Origin: Cenarchaeum sp.
GTDB lineage: Archaea > Thermoproteota > Nitrososphaeria > Nitrososphaerales > Nitrosopumilaceae
Length of the DNA stretch: 64,000 bases
Assembly (NCBI GenBank): GCA_965242695.1
Contig: CBDESU010000001.1
Span: 224,001-288,000 of the forward strand
Direction: 5' to 3'
In this document: piece by piece, positions 30,546 to 40,850 of the stretch
Layout: the number at the start of each line of letters is the position of its first letter
How positions within the stretch are numbered: the stretch's first letter is position 1
The notes under the pieces: generated by a model
The model's input: the letters and a program-made list of their open reading frames with translations, nothing else
Told to the model about the DNA's origin: nothing
Databases searched by the model: none
Position numbers and translations under genes: made by a program

Positions 30546-30694
30546 GCCTTTGGTCCAATGTCCGGTTCGGCCGCCAGGCCCGCGCCGCGCGCGCATGCGC
30601 CGGCCGCGCATCGGCGGCAGGCGCGGCATGCAGGCCCGCATTTTCAGCGAAGCGCCGGGGTTGGCTAAAATACCGCCCTCCGCCCCGCTCCGGC

Positions 30695-32875
30695 ATGCCC
30701 GATGGCTCGAGCGGGGCCCCGCGGTCCAACCTCCTCGGCAGGGAGGCGAGCCCCTACCTGCTCCAGCATGCGTCCAACCCCGTGTGGTGGCACGCCTGGG
30801 ACGATGCGGCCCTCCAGAGGGCCGTCGACGAGGACAAGCCGATATTCCTCAGCGTGGGGTACAGCTCGTGCCACTGGTGCCATGTGATGGCCCACGAGTC
30901 GTTCGAGGACGGGGGGATCGCGGCGCTGCTCAACGAGCACTTTGTGTCCATAAAGGTCGACCGCGAGGAGCGCCCCGACGTCGACGACGTGTACCAAAAG
31001 GCCTGCCAGATGGCCACCGGGCAGGGCGGCTGGCCCCTGAGCGTGTTCCTCACGCCGGGCCGCAAGCCGTTCTACGCCGGCACGTACTTTCCGCCGTCGG
31101 ACGTGGGGGGGCGGCGCGGCTTTGGCAGCGTGGTGCGGTGGCTCGCGCAGGCCTGGGCCGAGCACCGCGCCGACGTCGAGGCGAGCGCAGAAAAGTTTGT
31201 CGAGACGCTGCGCGCGGCCGAGGCGCCCGCGCCGCTCCAGGGGGGGCAGGCGGCCGCGTTCGACAGGGCCGCGGCCGACGAGGCGGCCGTCAATCTCCTC
31301 CACATGGCCGACGAGCACAACGGCGGGTTCGGGTCGGCGCCAAAGTTCCCAAGCTCGGCATGCGTCTCGCTCCTGCTCCGGTACGGCCGCCTGTCGGGGC
31401 TGGCAAGGTTCACGCGCCTGGCGCTGCGCACGCTCGACAGGATGGCCGCCGGCGGGATATTCGACCATGTAGGCGGCGGGTTCCACCGCTACTCGACGGA
31501 CTCGCGCTGGCTCGTCCCGCACTTTGAAAAGATGCTGTACGACAACGCCCTGCTGCCGGTCAACTACGCCGAGGCGTACCAGGCGACGGGGGATGCGGCG
31601 TACCTTGACGTGATGGACCGCACGCTGTCCTATATGCTGCGCGAGCTGGCCGCCCCGGGCGGCGGGTTCCACTCGGCGCAGGACGCCGACGCCGGCGGCG
31701 AAGAGGGGCTGTACTACACGTGGACTCGCAGGGAGGCGCTCGGCGCGCTGCGCGGCGGCGGGGCCGGCTGCGATGCGCTGTCTGCCGCCGAGGCCGACGC
31801 GTTCTGCGCCTACTACGACGTGACCGACGGCGGCAACTGGGAGGGGAGGACCATACTGTACAACTCTGTTCCCCTGCACGCCGTCGCGTTCCGCTTCGGC
31901 ATCGGCGACGATGCGGCCAGGGAGGCCCTGCGGGCGGGGCGCGCAAAGCTGCTCGAGCACCGGACGCGCACGCGCGAGGCGCCGGGCCTTGACGACAACG
32001 TGATCGCATCGTGGAGCGCGCTTGCCGCATCCGCGCTGGCCGCCGGCCACCGCGTCTCTCCGGGCCGCGGGTACCTGGATGCGGCGGCGCGGTGCGCCGA
32101 GCATGTCGCGTTCGGGATGCGCGGCGCCGGCGGCGCGGTGAGCCGCGTGGCCAGGCCCGGCCGCGATGCCATCCCGGGCGGCCTTGACGACCATGCGCAC
32201 TGCGCCAACGCGCTGCTCGACGTGTTCGAGGCGCGGCCGGAGAAGAGGTACCTCGAGAGGGCCGCCGAGCTCGGCCGGATCATACTCGACAGGTTCTGGG
32301 ACGAGGAGTCTGGGGGGTTCTTCATGACGGCAGGCGGCGGCGGGGACGGGGAGGAACCTGAGCGGCACGGCCTCGTCGTGCGCCCGCGCAGCCGCCACGA
32401 CATGTCGGTTCCGTCCGGCGGCTCGGCCGCGGTGCGCGCCCTGATGCGGCTGCACGCCCTTGCGGGCGAGGCCGAGATGGGCAGGGTGGCGTCGCGGGCC
32501 CTTGCCGCCCAGGCGCGCGAGGCCGCCGAGAACCCGTTCGCGTTCGGGCACCTGCTCTGGGCGGCATTCTCGGCAGTCGACGATCCGCCAGAGGTGACGA
32601 TCGTCAATCCCGGGGCCTCGGGCATTGCGGGAAAGGTGCTGTCGATGTACCTTCCCGGCTCGCCGGTCGTCACGGTGTCTGGCGCCGGCCAGCTCGCCGC
32701 CCTCTCGAAGTATCCGTACTTTGCGGGCAAGCCGTTCGGGGACCGCACCGAGGTGTACGTGTGCCGCGCCGGCGCATGCTCGGCCCCGATGGACTCGATT
32801 GAGCGGGTCGAGGAAGAGCTGGCGGAGGCGCCGCGCCGAGTGCCTCCTCCGCCGGATCCGCCTAGATCCTCCTGA
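30695..32875 (+). CDS. Thioredoxin domain-containing protein, YyaL/SSP411 family
   Basis: SPYLLQHA.NPV.W, CHWCHVMAHESF, KVDREERPDVD, GGWPL, PHFEKMLYDNA. Confidence 0.95.
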   Translation: MPDGSSGAPRSNLLGREASPYLLQHASNPVWWHAWDDAALQRAVDEDKPIFLSVGYSSCHWCHVMAHESFEDGGIAALLNEHFVSIKVDREERPDVDDVYQKACQMATGQGGWPLSVFLTPGRKPFYAGTYFPPSDVGGRRGFGSVVRWLAQAWAEHRADVEASAEKFVETLRAAEAPAPLQGGQAAAFDRAAADEAAVNLLHMADEHNGGFGSAPKFPSSACVSLLLRYGRLSGLARFTRLALRTLDRMAAGGIFDHVGGGFHRYSTDSRWLVPHFEKMLYDNALLPVNYAEAYQATGDAAYLDVMDRTLSYMLRELAAPGGGFHSAQDADAGGEEGLYYTWTRREALGALRGGGAGCDALSAAEADAFCAYYDVTDGGNWEGRTILYNSVPLHAVAFRFGIGDDAAREALRAGRAKLLEHRTRTREAPGLDDNVIASWSALAASALAAGHRVSPGRGYLDAAARCAEHVAFGMRGAGGAVSRVARPGRDAIPGGLDDHAHCANALLDVFEARPEKRYLERAAELGRIILDRFWDEESGGFFMTAGGGGDGEEPERHGLVVRPRSRHDMSVPSGGSAAVRALMRLHALAGEAEMGRVASRALAAQAREAAENPFAFGHLLWAAFSAVDDPPEVTIVNPGASGIAGKVLSMYLPGSPVVTVSGAGQLAALSKYPYFAGKPFGDRTEVYVCRAGACSAPMDSIERVEEELAEAPRRVPPPPDPPRSS

Positions 32876-33097
32876 GGAATGCCAGGAATGCGCCGGCCAG
32901 CCAGGCCAGCCCGTCCAGCCATGCAAGCAGCAGCGAGAACAGGTCGGCGCCCTGGCCGCCGCCGTGGCCGGAGCCGGCGAGCCTCCATGCGGGGCCCTTG
33001 CGGCCCCCTCCCCCGCCTCCGCCGTCGTCGGACATGCGCATGCCGCGCCTAGAGATGTCGTCGATCCCGTACCGGACCTCGTCCCTAATGTCCCCCG

Positions 33098-33562
33098 TCA
33101 GCACAGTGGGTCCCTCGCCGCGCCGGGGCCCTGCCCCCCTGCGCCCGCCGCGCCCCCGTCCCTGGCCATGCGGCCCCGGCCGGGCTGCGGCGCCGCGCCG
33201 GGGCCCTGCCTCCCGTCCGCGCCGCCGTCGTCCTTGACGACGGGCTTTACCGACATGTCGATCTCTACGATGTGCCCCACCTGCGGGCGTCCCATCTTGA
33301 CGTACCTGTTGCGCGGCATCGAGACGGTGACGGTCGTCTGCTGGTACGTGCGCAGCTTCATCTGCGGCTGGGACTGGAGGATGATGTCGAGCAGCGGCAT
33401 TATCTGCGACCTGGCCTCCCCGTCGAGCCTCTTTGCGACCTTTTCCATCACGACCTGCCTCTGCGATATGGGCTCGGTGTGGACGTTCTCGACGAGGGTG
33501 ATCTGCACGATGCGGCCGTTGTCGACGATCTGCTGGATCTTGAACTCGTTGAGCTCCGACAC
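33098..33562 (-). CDS. Hypothetical protein, weak resemblance to arcadin-1 family
   Basis: N-terminal beta strands and C-terminal Y..MGRPQVGHIVEI; GTG start inferred; family call tentative. Confidence 0.55.
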   Translation of the reverse strand: MSELNEFKIQQIVDNGRIVQITLVENVHTEPISQRQVVMEKVAKRLDGEARSQIMPLLDIILQSQPQMKLRTYQQTTVTVSMPRNRYVKMGRPQVGHIVEIDMSVKPVVKDDGGADGRQGPGAAPQPGRGRMARDGGAAGAGGQGPGAARDPLC

Positions 33563-33726
33563 GGCGCGCGGACGAGCCGTGTGCATTTATCTCTACCCGT
33601 CGCTGTCCTGCGGCTGCGGGGAGGGGGGGGGGGTGGGCGGGGCAATGCAGCGCCGGTTCGCGATTCATATTCTTCCCGGCCGTCTCCGTCCTGCGGCGCT
33701 GGTACGGGCCGCCTGCCCGTCGTCCG

Positions 33727-33813
33727 CTACCTCATGGCCAGCACGAAGCTGAACGCCGCGAGGGCGATGGCGCCGCCTACGCCCAGGCCGAATATGATCT
33801 TGCTGCCGTCCAC
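33727..33813 (-). CDS. Small membrane peptide, 28 aa (MDGSKIIFGLGVGGAIALAAFSFVLAMR)
   Basis: GTG start, GC3-biased codons, one hydrophobic helix, ATAA box about 24 nt upstream. Confidence 0.55.
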   Translation of the reverse strand: MDGSKIIFGLGVGGAIALAAFSFVLAMR

Positions 33814-33836
33814 GGAGACGGCCCCCGCCCGTTCGC

Positions 33837-34166
33837 TTATGTTGGTTTTGCCCCGCCCCAACTCCCGCCGCCGGATGCCGCCGCCGCCTTGGCGTCGAGT
33901 ATGGCCTTCTTGATCAGGGGGGCCCTCTCCTTTAGTACCCTGCCGAGCTCCTGCACATCCTCGAGCGACGGCGCCCCTCCCTGCGACTGGACGGCCTGCA
34001 CGAACGACGCGTACACACTGCCCGCGATGATGCCGAACGCCGCATCGTCGGCGGAGTCGACCTCGGGGCGGTACGCCTCGGCCATCTGGCGGTACGATCC
34101 GGCCTCGCTGATGTAGTAGTCGATCTGCCCGTCGATGTACGACCTCATCTCGTCGGATACCGCCAC
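33837..34166 (-). CDS. Hypothetical protein
   Basis: Protein-like translation and codon bias. Confidence 0.75.
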   Translation of the reverse strand: MAVSDEMRSYIDGQIDYYISEAGSYRQMAEAYRPEVDSADDAAFGIIAGSVYASFVQAVQSQGGAPSLEDVQELGRVLKERAPLIKKAILDAKAAAASGGGSWGGAKPT

Positions 34167-34196
34167 GCGCCGCCCGTGCCCACAGGATATTTGTGC

Positions 34197-35583
34197 CTAT
34201 GGGCCGCGCCGATTGGCCTGCCGGGCACGCTGCATTCTGAGGCCCCCCTGCCAGGCGGCCGACTCAATGCCCATACTTCGCGGGCCCATCCACCGCCCGA
34301 TCTCTGCAAAGGCCTCCCCGATGTCTGCCCATTCTTCGGGCGTGAGGGGCGGCGAGTCTGCGCACCCTTCTCGCGGAGCGGCCCCAGGCCTGTCCCGTCC
34401 ACGCGGCCCGCGGACGGCGATATCCAAAAGGCCGGATTCCATCTCCCTCCCTGCGTGGTCAAACCCCGTGCCGTAGTCGGACTCGATCGCCCTGCCTAGC
34501 ATCGCGGCGCTCATTGCGCCGCCGGGCTCGGCCGCCGCCGCGCCGGCGCCGCCGCCGGACTCGAGGATCTGCCTACCAGCCGCGGCCATTTCATGGTGGC
34601 GGTCGATCCCGATTGCACTTTCAAACGACGACACGGCCTCGCCTCGGCGCCCCGTATGCTCTAGGGCAAGCCCGCGCCCCGAATGGGCCGATGCCGACGC
34701 CGGATCCAGCCTGACGGCCTCGTCAAAGGCGGCAAGCGCATCGGCGTAGCGCCCGAGGCCTGCCAGCGCGATCCCGCGCCCCGAATGGGCCGATGCCGAC
34801 GCCGGATCCAGCCTGACGGCCTCGTCAAAGGCGGCAAGCGCATCGGCGTAGCGCCCGATGCCGGCAAGAATGCGCCCACGCGCGGCGCGGGGGCGCGACG
34901 ACGTCGGGGATTCCTCCTCGGCCCTCTTGCAGGATGTCCATGCGTCGTCAAGCCGCCCGAGCCCCGCAAGCGCGAACGCGAGCCCTGCATGAACATCCCC
35001 GTCGCTTGGCGAAAGGTGCACCTCATCCTCGCACATGCTTATTGCATCATCGTAGCAGCCGAGCCGCACGGCGGTAGTGGCCAGGTCTGCATGGACTGCG
35101 GCAGAGTGGGGATTGATCCTTGCCGCATCATGGAGCAGCTCCATCGCCTCGTCGGGGCGCCCCCGCCGCACAAGCGCGCGTGCGCGCCCTGCGCATGCCA
35201 TGCCGCAGCGGGGATCGAGGCGGGCGGCCTTGTCAAACTCGTCCAAGGCATCGGCGTAGCGGCGAGGCCGTGCAGGGCTAGGCCGCGCACTACGTGCACT
35301 GCGCCGCGCTCGGACTCCTGCCCCCCGGTCCCACTGCAAGCGTCTAGGGCGCCGGCATAGTCCCCCCGCCGCATACGAGTGAAATGGCTTGGTTCACGCG
35401 AGGTGAAACCTCGCCCGAGTTGCAGCGGGCGGCGAATGCCGCGCGCGCAGCGTCGCCGTTCTTCTCGACACTTGCCCCTGCCCGCGCCGCGCCGGTTCGA
35501 TCGGCGGCGCCTAGTGCGGGGCGGGATGCGGCCGCGCATGCCTCCGTGTGCCGATTCACAAACTCGGTGAGATTGGGAGCCAT
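34197..35583 (-). pseudogene. TPR protein with two apparent 5' frameshifts
   Basis: TPR-like text passes through three frames (shifts near 35372 and 35265); internal 102-bp duplication 34671-34858. Confidence 0.65.
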
Positions 35584-35999
35584 ATAATCATATGATGCGG
35601 CGGCTTGAGGCTGGTGCGCAGGCTCTTCTGACCTTGCGGGGGGGGGGGAGTATGGGCAAGGACGGGGCTGCAGGCGCCTGCAAGGGACCCGCGCGGCATG
35701 GCGTACGGGGGCGCCGCTCTGCCGCGCCGCTGGTCGGCTCGGACTGGCCATCTGACACGCGGCGGGCGATGCCGCGCGCTGCACTGCACTGCACAGCGCA
35801 TCGCATGCGCTAGCGGGATGGGGCAAGCCCGCCGTAGCCCCCGCTCGATCCCTGTCTCGGCCACATCAAGGCTCGATCCGCCTAGCGCACGCGCTGCGAC
35901 ATGGACGAATGGTTATTTAGAGCAGGACGCACACGCCCCGCGTGAACCGCGGTGCTCGGTGCTGAGATGCGTGGGCCAGTGGGCGCAGCCGCCGATGGC

Positions 36000-37358
36000 A
36001 TGATCAGACTGCCCGCAGGCGGCCGCGACGCGCCTGCGCCTTCCAGTCTCTCCGTTACCGGCGCGGCCACCCGGGATTCGTCCGTCGGGCAGGGAGCCGC
36101 CGAGCCGGAGCCCGCCGCGGCCCCGTCCGAGCCCTCCCCCGACCAGCCCGCCGCCGAGCCGGAGCCCGCCGCGGCCCCGTCCGAGCCCTCCCCCGACCAG
36201 CCCGCCGCCGAGCCGGAGCCCGCCGCGGCCCCGTCCGAGCCCTCCCCCGACCAGCCCGCCGCCGAGCCGGAGCCCGCCGCGGCCCCGTCCGAGCCCTCCC
36301 CCGACCGGCCCGCCGCCGAGCCGGAGCCCGCCGCGGCCCCGTCCGAGCCCTCCCCCGACCGGCCCGCCGCCGAGCCGGAGCCCGCCGCGGCCCCGTCCGA
36401 GCCCTCCCCCGACCGGCCCGCCGCCGAGCCGGAGCCCGCCGCGGCCCCGTCCGAGCCCTCCCCCGACCGGCCCGCCGCCGAGCCGGAGCCCGACGCGGCA
36501 AAACCCGATACCCATCTGCCTCCCGAGGGCCCGCCCCCTCCGCGCCGCATTCCTCCCCCTCCTGTGCCCGCATCCAGGCCCGCCGGGACCGGCCGCGGCA
36601 AGATCGCCGCAATCGCCGTCGCGGTTGCCGCCGCCGCCTTCCTTGCCGGGCTTGCCGCAGCCGGGGCCGGCCTGGCCCCGCTCGGCGGCGTCCCTGCCGA
36701 CTCTACGACAAACGACGAGCTTGCCGCCATGATCGAGGGCCTGCGCGGCGACCTCGGCGCGCCGGATGCCGCCCCGGCGTCCAGGCCGCAGCAGGCCGGC
36801 CCGACAGCCGAGGCCCTCTCGGACGACGACCCCGCAAAGGGCGATCCGGACGCGCCGCTCACAATCGTCGAATTCTCGGACTTTCAGTGCCCGTTCTGCA
36901 AGAGGTTCTACGAGCAGACGCTCCCGCTCATCGAGCGCGACTACATCGACACCGGAAAGGCGCGCCTCGTCTACCGCGACATGCCGCTCGAGCAGATACA
37001 CCCGCAGGCGCCGGCGACCCACGTCGCCGCCGAGTGCGCCGGCGACCAGGGCATGTTCTGGGAGTACCACGACCTGCTGTTCGACCGCCAGGGCGAGTGG
37101 TCGCGCCTCCAGCCGGCAGGCCTGGACGATGCGCTGGCAGGCTACGCGGCCGAGCTCGGACTGGACGCCTCGTTTGGCGAGTGCGTGCGCTCGCCCGAGG
37201 CGGCGCGCGAGATGCGGCACGACCTGGAGCAGGCGCTCGGCATGGGCCTGACGGGCACGCCGACCTTTTTGATCGGCGGCAACGGGCACGACTTTGTGGC
37301 CATATCCGGCGCGCAGCCGTACTCTACATTCTCCTCCATACTCGACGGGATGCTCTGA
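36000..37358 (+). CDS. DsbA-like thioredoxin-fold protein with repetitive N-terminus and TM helix
   Basis: IVEFSDFQCPFCKRF, GTPTF, GAQPY. Confidence 0.9.
   Translation: MIRLPAGGRDAPAPSSLSVTGAATRDSSVGQGAAEPEPAAAPSEPSPDQPAAEPEPAAAPSEPSPDQPAAEPEPAAAPSEPSPDQPAAEPEPAAAPSEPSPDRPAAEPEPAAAPSEPSPDRPAAEPEPAAAPSEPSPDRPAAEPEPAAAPSEPSPDRPAAEPEPDAAKPDTHLPPEGPPPPRRIPPPPVPASRPAGTGRGKIAAIAVAVAAAAFLAGLAAAGAGLAPLGGVPADSTTNDELAAMIEGLRGDLGAPDAAPASRPQQAGPTAEALSDDDPAKGDPDAPLTIVEFSDFQCPFCKRFYEQTLPLIERDYIDTGKARLVYRDMPLEQIHPQAPATHVAAECAGDQGMFWEYHDLLFDRQGEWSRLQPAGLDDALAGYAAELGLDASFGECVRSPEAAREMRHDLEQALGMGLTGTPTFLIGGNGHDFVAISGAQPYSTFSSILDGML
36096..36492 (+). repeat. 54-bp coding tandem repeat, about 7.3 copies (AAEPEPAAAPSEPSPD[Q/R]P)
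   Basis: Directly visible. Confidence 0.95.
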
Positions 37359-37360
37359 CC

Positions 37361-37816
37361 ATGTGGAAGCTAGAGCAGGAAGAGTACTACTTTCGCGTCT
37401 TCGACTCCAGGCGCCAGGTCGCCGCCTACTTTGACCCCGACTACGGCGGCGCGCTGCCGGCCGGCGACCAGGACGAGGCCGTCGAGGAGATCTGGAAGAG
37501 GCGCGATCCCATACCCGGCGGCTACCTGATGGTGGGCCTTGCAAAGCTCGGCGTGTACGGCGCCGACGAGCCGGTCACGCTCGGCGCGCTCGACGCGAGC
37601 CTCGAGGCGGCCCGGGACCGCATACGGGCGTGGAGGGAGGCGCTCGCCGCCGAGGGCGCCTCGGCATCGTACGTCAACGTCTCGCACACGGACCAGGACA
37701 TGCTGACCGTCTCGTTCCCCGTCGCGTTCCGCACCCCGGTGCCCCTGTGCGAAAGGGACGTCGCCGCCGCGCTCTCCCCTATCTTGGATCGGCTGCAGCG
37801 GCTATCCCTGCTATAG
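37361..37816 (+). CDS. Hypothetical protein
   Basis: ATG 2 nt after DsbA stop; protein-like translation. Confidence 0.75.
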   Translation: MWKLEQEEYYFRVFDSRRQVAAYFDPDYGGALPAGDQDEAVEEIWKRRDPIPGGYLMVGLAKLGVYGADEPVTLGALDASLEAARDRIRAWREALAAEGASASYVNVSHTDQDMLTVSFPVAFRTPVPLCERDVAAALSPILDRLQRLSLL

Positions 37817-38600
37817 CCGAGCCCCAGTACCTGGACAGCCCGACGTACCCGACGACCGACGCGGCGAGCAGCGCGCCCGCCCCGAGCGAAAACTCGGGGA
37901 CCGCCGCGTACTCCTCGGACTCGGCGACGGCCGCGTGGCCGGCGACCTCGCCGGCGGCCTCGCCGGGGAACGAGACCAGGAAGAACGCCTCCTCGGACGC
38001 GCGCAGGTAGTCGCGGTCGGGCTTGCCCTCGGACGCGGCGAGGACGTTTCCGTCCCTGTCGTACAGGGTCGCCACGACAGACACTTCGTTGGCCGTGATC
38101 TCGCCGCTGTTCAGCACCGTCCCCGTGACCGCGACTATCCCGTGCGCGTCCGACGAGACGCGCGAGGCCGTCACGTCGATGACCCTGCCCTTGGGGCCTG
38201 CGACCTCGTACTCGATGCCGAGCGCGTACCCTTCGACCGGCGCGCCGGGCTGCCGCCCGGCGTCCAGCACGAACGGCGCCCTCATGCCGGGAACGATGCT
38301 GTCGACCATGGACGCGCCGGATGCGGTGCCGAGCGCCTGCCCAGAGCCCGAGTACAGCGTGGCCGTGACCTCGGCGCCCCGCAGGGGCACGCCGAGGCCG
38401 TTGCGTATCTCGCCGGCTATGAGCACCCTGCCGTCGCCGCCCTCGAGCAGGCGGTCGCCGAGGATATCGACGCCCCCGCCGCCTCCGGGCGGGATTGCCG
38501 CCGGCGCGGCGGCATCCGCGTGCGGCGCGCCCGCCGCAGCCGCCGCGGCGATCGCAACGGATGCGGCGACCGCCGCCGATCCAAGCCGCGCGCCTCGCAT
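37779..38600 (-). CDS. Secreted FxLYD-type domain protein with PEF-type C-terminal sorting signal
   Basis: Signal peptide, two GE/GT.N...ATLYS/ATLYD domains, AVPEF + TM helix. Confidence 0.8.
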   Translation of the reverse strand: MRGARLGSAAVAASVAIAAAAAAGAPHADAAAPAAIPPGGGGGVDILGDRLLEGGDGRVLIAGEIRNGLGVPLRGAEVTATLYSGSGQALGTASGASMVDSIVPGMRAPFVLDAGRQPGAPVEGYALGIEYEVAGPKGRVIDVTASRVSSDAHGIVAVTGTVLNSGEITANEVSVVATLYDRDGNVLAASEGKPDRDYLRASEEAFFLVSFPGEAAGEVAGHAAVAESEEYAAVPEFSLGAGALLAASVVGYVGLSRYWGSAIAGIAAAADPR

Positions 38601-38630
38601 GGACAGCCGCAGCCGCGGCGGCGTTAAAAC

Positions 38631-39194
38631 CTATGGGGCGGGATCCTGCCCGCCGCCTCCCCCGCCGCCGCCAGACTGCGCCTCCTTGAACTCTGCCAGG
38701 GCGGACAGCTCGTACGCAAAGGCGTCCTGGTGCAGCCGGCCGGCGCGCTCGTCGTGCGCCGCATCGCCGGTGAGCAGCCAGCGAACCTCCTCCCTGTCCC
38801 TCTCGAGCTGCGACTCGGCCGAGAGCCTGAAGAGGTCGACGGACGCGGCAAACGGCGCCGGGGGATCCAGCGCATCGTACCTCTCGAGGAGCGCCTCGAG
38901 CGACTCAAAGTGCGCCTCGGCCCGCGCCTCCAGCTCTTCCTCCGCGATCTCGCCGGCCTCAAACCCCGCCGCGACGGCCTCGAACGCCTCCTGCATGGCG
39001 GCCAGGTCGTCCTGGATCGACTCGATCTCGGCGCTGAACGCGGCGCCCTTGGCCCTCAGGTAGTCGATATAGTACGAGTACCCGACGACGGATGCGGCCA
39101 CGGCGGCGGCGACGGCGACCGCCGCGACGGCGACCGCGCCGCGCCTCTTTTTCTTCCTCCTTCCCCCAGTAAAGCGGCGCCCCAAGCCGTCCAC
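38631..39194 (-). CDS. Membrane-anchored helical hypothetical protein
   Basis: Basic N-terminus, TM helix, acidic helical domain. Confidence 0.7.
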   Translation of the reverse strand: MDGLGRRFTGGRRKKKRRGAVAVAAVAVAAAVAASVVGYSYYIDYLRAKGAAFSAEIESIQDDLAAMQEAFEAVAAGFEAGEIAEEELEARAEAHFESLEALLERYDALDPPAPFAASVDLFRLSAESQLERDREEVRWLLTGDAAHDERAGRLHQDAFAYELSALAEFKEAQSGGGGGGGGQDPAP

Positions 39195-39201
39195 CGCCCG
39201 C

Positions 39202-39495
39202 TCAGTCTATGTAGCGCCCCTCGGCGTCCATGTTGAGGTCTATCGTCATTACCGTGCCGCTGATGAACGACTCGTTGCGTATGGTCCTCACGCGGGTGAC
39301 GTCCAGGTGGTGCGGCCATATCTCGACGACGATCTCGCCGACCTTGACGCCCTCGGGCGCGTCGGTCAGCACGATGTCGCCCCTCTCGACGCCGTGCTTT
39401 TGCAGCTTTGCGAGCGAGTGCTCGACGAGGGGCTCGGGGTTGTTGTGGTTGATGGCCCACACCTTCCCCTCGTACTCGATCGCCTCGGCGGGCAT
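39202..39495 (-). CDS. Hypothetical protein
   Basis: TTTTATA box upstream, protein-like translation. Confidence 0.75.
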   Translation of the reverse strand: MPAEAIEYEGKVWAINHNNPEPLVEHSLAKLQKHGVERGDIVLTDAPEGVKVGEIVVEIWPHHLDVTRVRTIRNESFISGTVMTIDLNMDAEGRYID

Positions 39496-39552
39496 GCGCG
39501 GCGCGCATGGGCGCCCGTATAAAATGCCTGCCGCCGCCCGCGGCGCGGCCGC

Positions 39553-39789
39553 CTAGCCGTCGTCGGCCACGCCGAGGGTCATCGTGCTGACGACCCTTGA
39601 TATCTTCCTGACCCTCGTCGAGACGATGCGCTCAAAGCCGTCGCCGTCGTCGGCGTGCACCTCTGCGAGTATGTCGTACGCCCCGAACGTCAGGTGCGCC
39701 TCCTTTACGCCGGGTATCCGGCGCAGCTCCTCGACGATGTACTCCTCGGCGCCTAGGTCGCAGTTGAGCAGGACGTAACCCTTGTGCAC
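39553..39789 (-). CDS. Lrp/AsnC ligand-binding domain protein
   Basis: GYVLLNC..G.E, TFGAYDI, VVSTMTL. Confidence 0.9.
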   Translation of the reverse strand: MHKGYVLLNCDLGAEEYIVEELRRIPGVKEAHLTFGAYDILAEVHADDGDGFERIVSTRVRKISRVVSTMTLGVADDG

Positions 39790-40022
39790 AAAAACCCCGC
39801 TCCCGCGCGCGCCGGCGCCCCTTTAAGGCTTGCTTGGGCCGCGGCGGCCCGGGCGCGCCGCGCGATGCCGCGGCCCGCGCTGCGCGGAATCTAAGGCAGG
39901 GCGCAGGCCTGCACGGCCCCTGCGCGAAAAAATTCCCAAAGACCGCCGGCCGCGTCCGGCAGGCGCAGGATCCGGCCGCCTGTTACTAAAAATTTAAAGA
40001 GCCGCCCGCGGCCGCGCGCCTG

Positions 40023-40811
40023 TTGGAGCCTCGCAAAAGGAATGGGGACCGCGGCGGGGACGGCCCGCGCAGGGACCGCGGCGGGGACGGCCCGCGCAGG
40101 GACCGCGGCGGGGACGGCCCGCGCAGGGACCGCGGCGGGGACGGCCCGCGCAGGGACCGCGGCGGGGACGGCCCGGGTGGGCAGTACCGCGGCGGCCCCG
40201 GGGGCGGCGGCCCGGGCGGGCAGTACCGCGGCGGCCCCGGGGGCGGCGGCCCGGGCGGGCAGTACCGCGGCGGCCCCGGGGGCGGCGGCCCGGGCGGGCA
40301 GTACCGCGGCGGCCCCGGGGGCGGCGGCCCGGGCGGGCAGTACCGCGGCGGCCCCGGGGGCGGCGGCCCGGGCGGGCAGTACCGCGGCGGCCCTGGCGGC
40401 CCGCGCGGCGGCCCCGGGGGCGGCCCGGGCGTGCAGTACCGCGGCGGCCCGGGCGGGCAGTACCGCGGCGGCCCCGGGGGCGGCCCGCGGCGCGGCCCTC
40501 CCGTCGGGACGGGCCCGAAGGGAATATTCTACGTGCGCAACTCGCAGCCGATGTACACCGCACTCGAGGTGCTCGAGCGCCTCGGCGCCGAGGGCCGGCT
40601 CAAGCTCAAGGCGCGCGGCGAGTCGATCCCGACGGCCGTGGCCGTTGCAAACATCGTCACAGAGAGGCTCATCAAGGGCTCGTCGAAGATCGAGGGCGTG
40701 CACGTCGACAGCGAGGAGATAAAGTCGCTCGGCGGGGTGCAGTCGACGATCGAGATCACGCTGTCAAAGTCCGGCGCCGACCCGGCCGCGGCGGCCGGCC
40801 CCGCCCCCTGA
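40023..40811 (+). CDS. Alba DNA/RNA-binding protein with long N-terminal RGG low-complexity extension
   Basis: LKARGESIPTAVAVA and QSTIEITL Alba motifs; TTTAAA box 25 nt before TTG. Confidence 0.85.
   Translation: MEPRKRNGDRGGDGPRRDRGGDGPRRDRGGDGPRRDRGGDGPRRDRGGDGPGGQYRGGPGGGGPGGQYRGGPGGGGPGGQYRGGPGGGGPGGQYRGGPGGGGPGGQYRGGPGGGGPGGQYRGGPGGPRGGPGGGPGVQYRGGPGGQYRGGPGGGPRRGPPVGTGPKGIFYVRNSQPMYTALEVLERLGAEGRLKLKARGESIPTAVAVANIVTERLIKGSSKIEGVHVDSEEIKSLGGVQSTIEITLSKSGADPAAAAGPAP
40045..40490 (+). repeat. 27-bp (DRGGDGPRR) and 39-bp (GQYRGGPGGGGPG) coding tandem repeats
   Basis: About five copies of each plus degenerate units. Confidence 0.9.
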
Positions 40812-40850
40812 CGGCTGGCAGGGCCGGCCCGCGGGGCGCGCCCGACACGG

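Noticed and set aside
36096-36492. CRISPR arrays at the tandem repeats (also 24153-24706, 40045-40490, 47248-47586)
   Set aside because: Units are contiguous, in-frame multiples of 3, with no unique spacers
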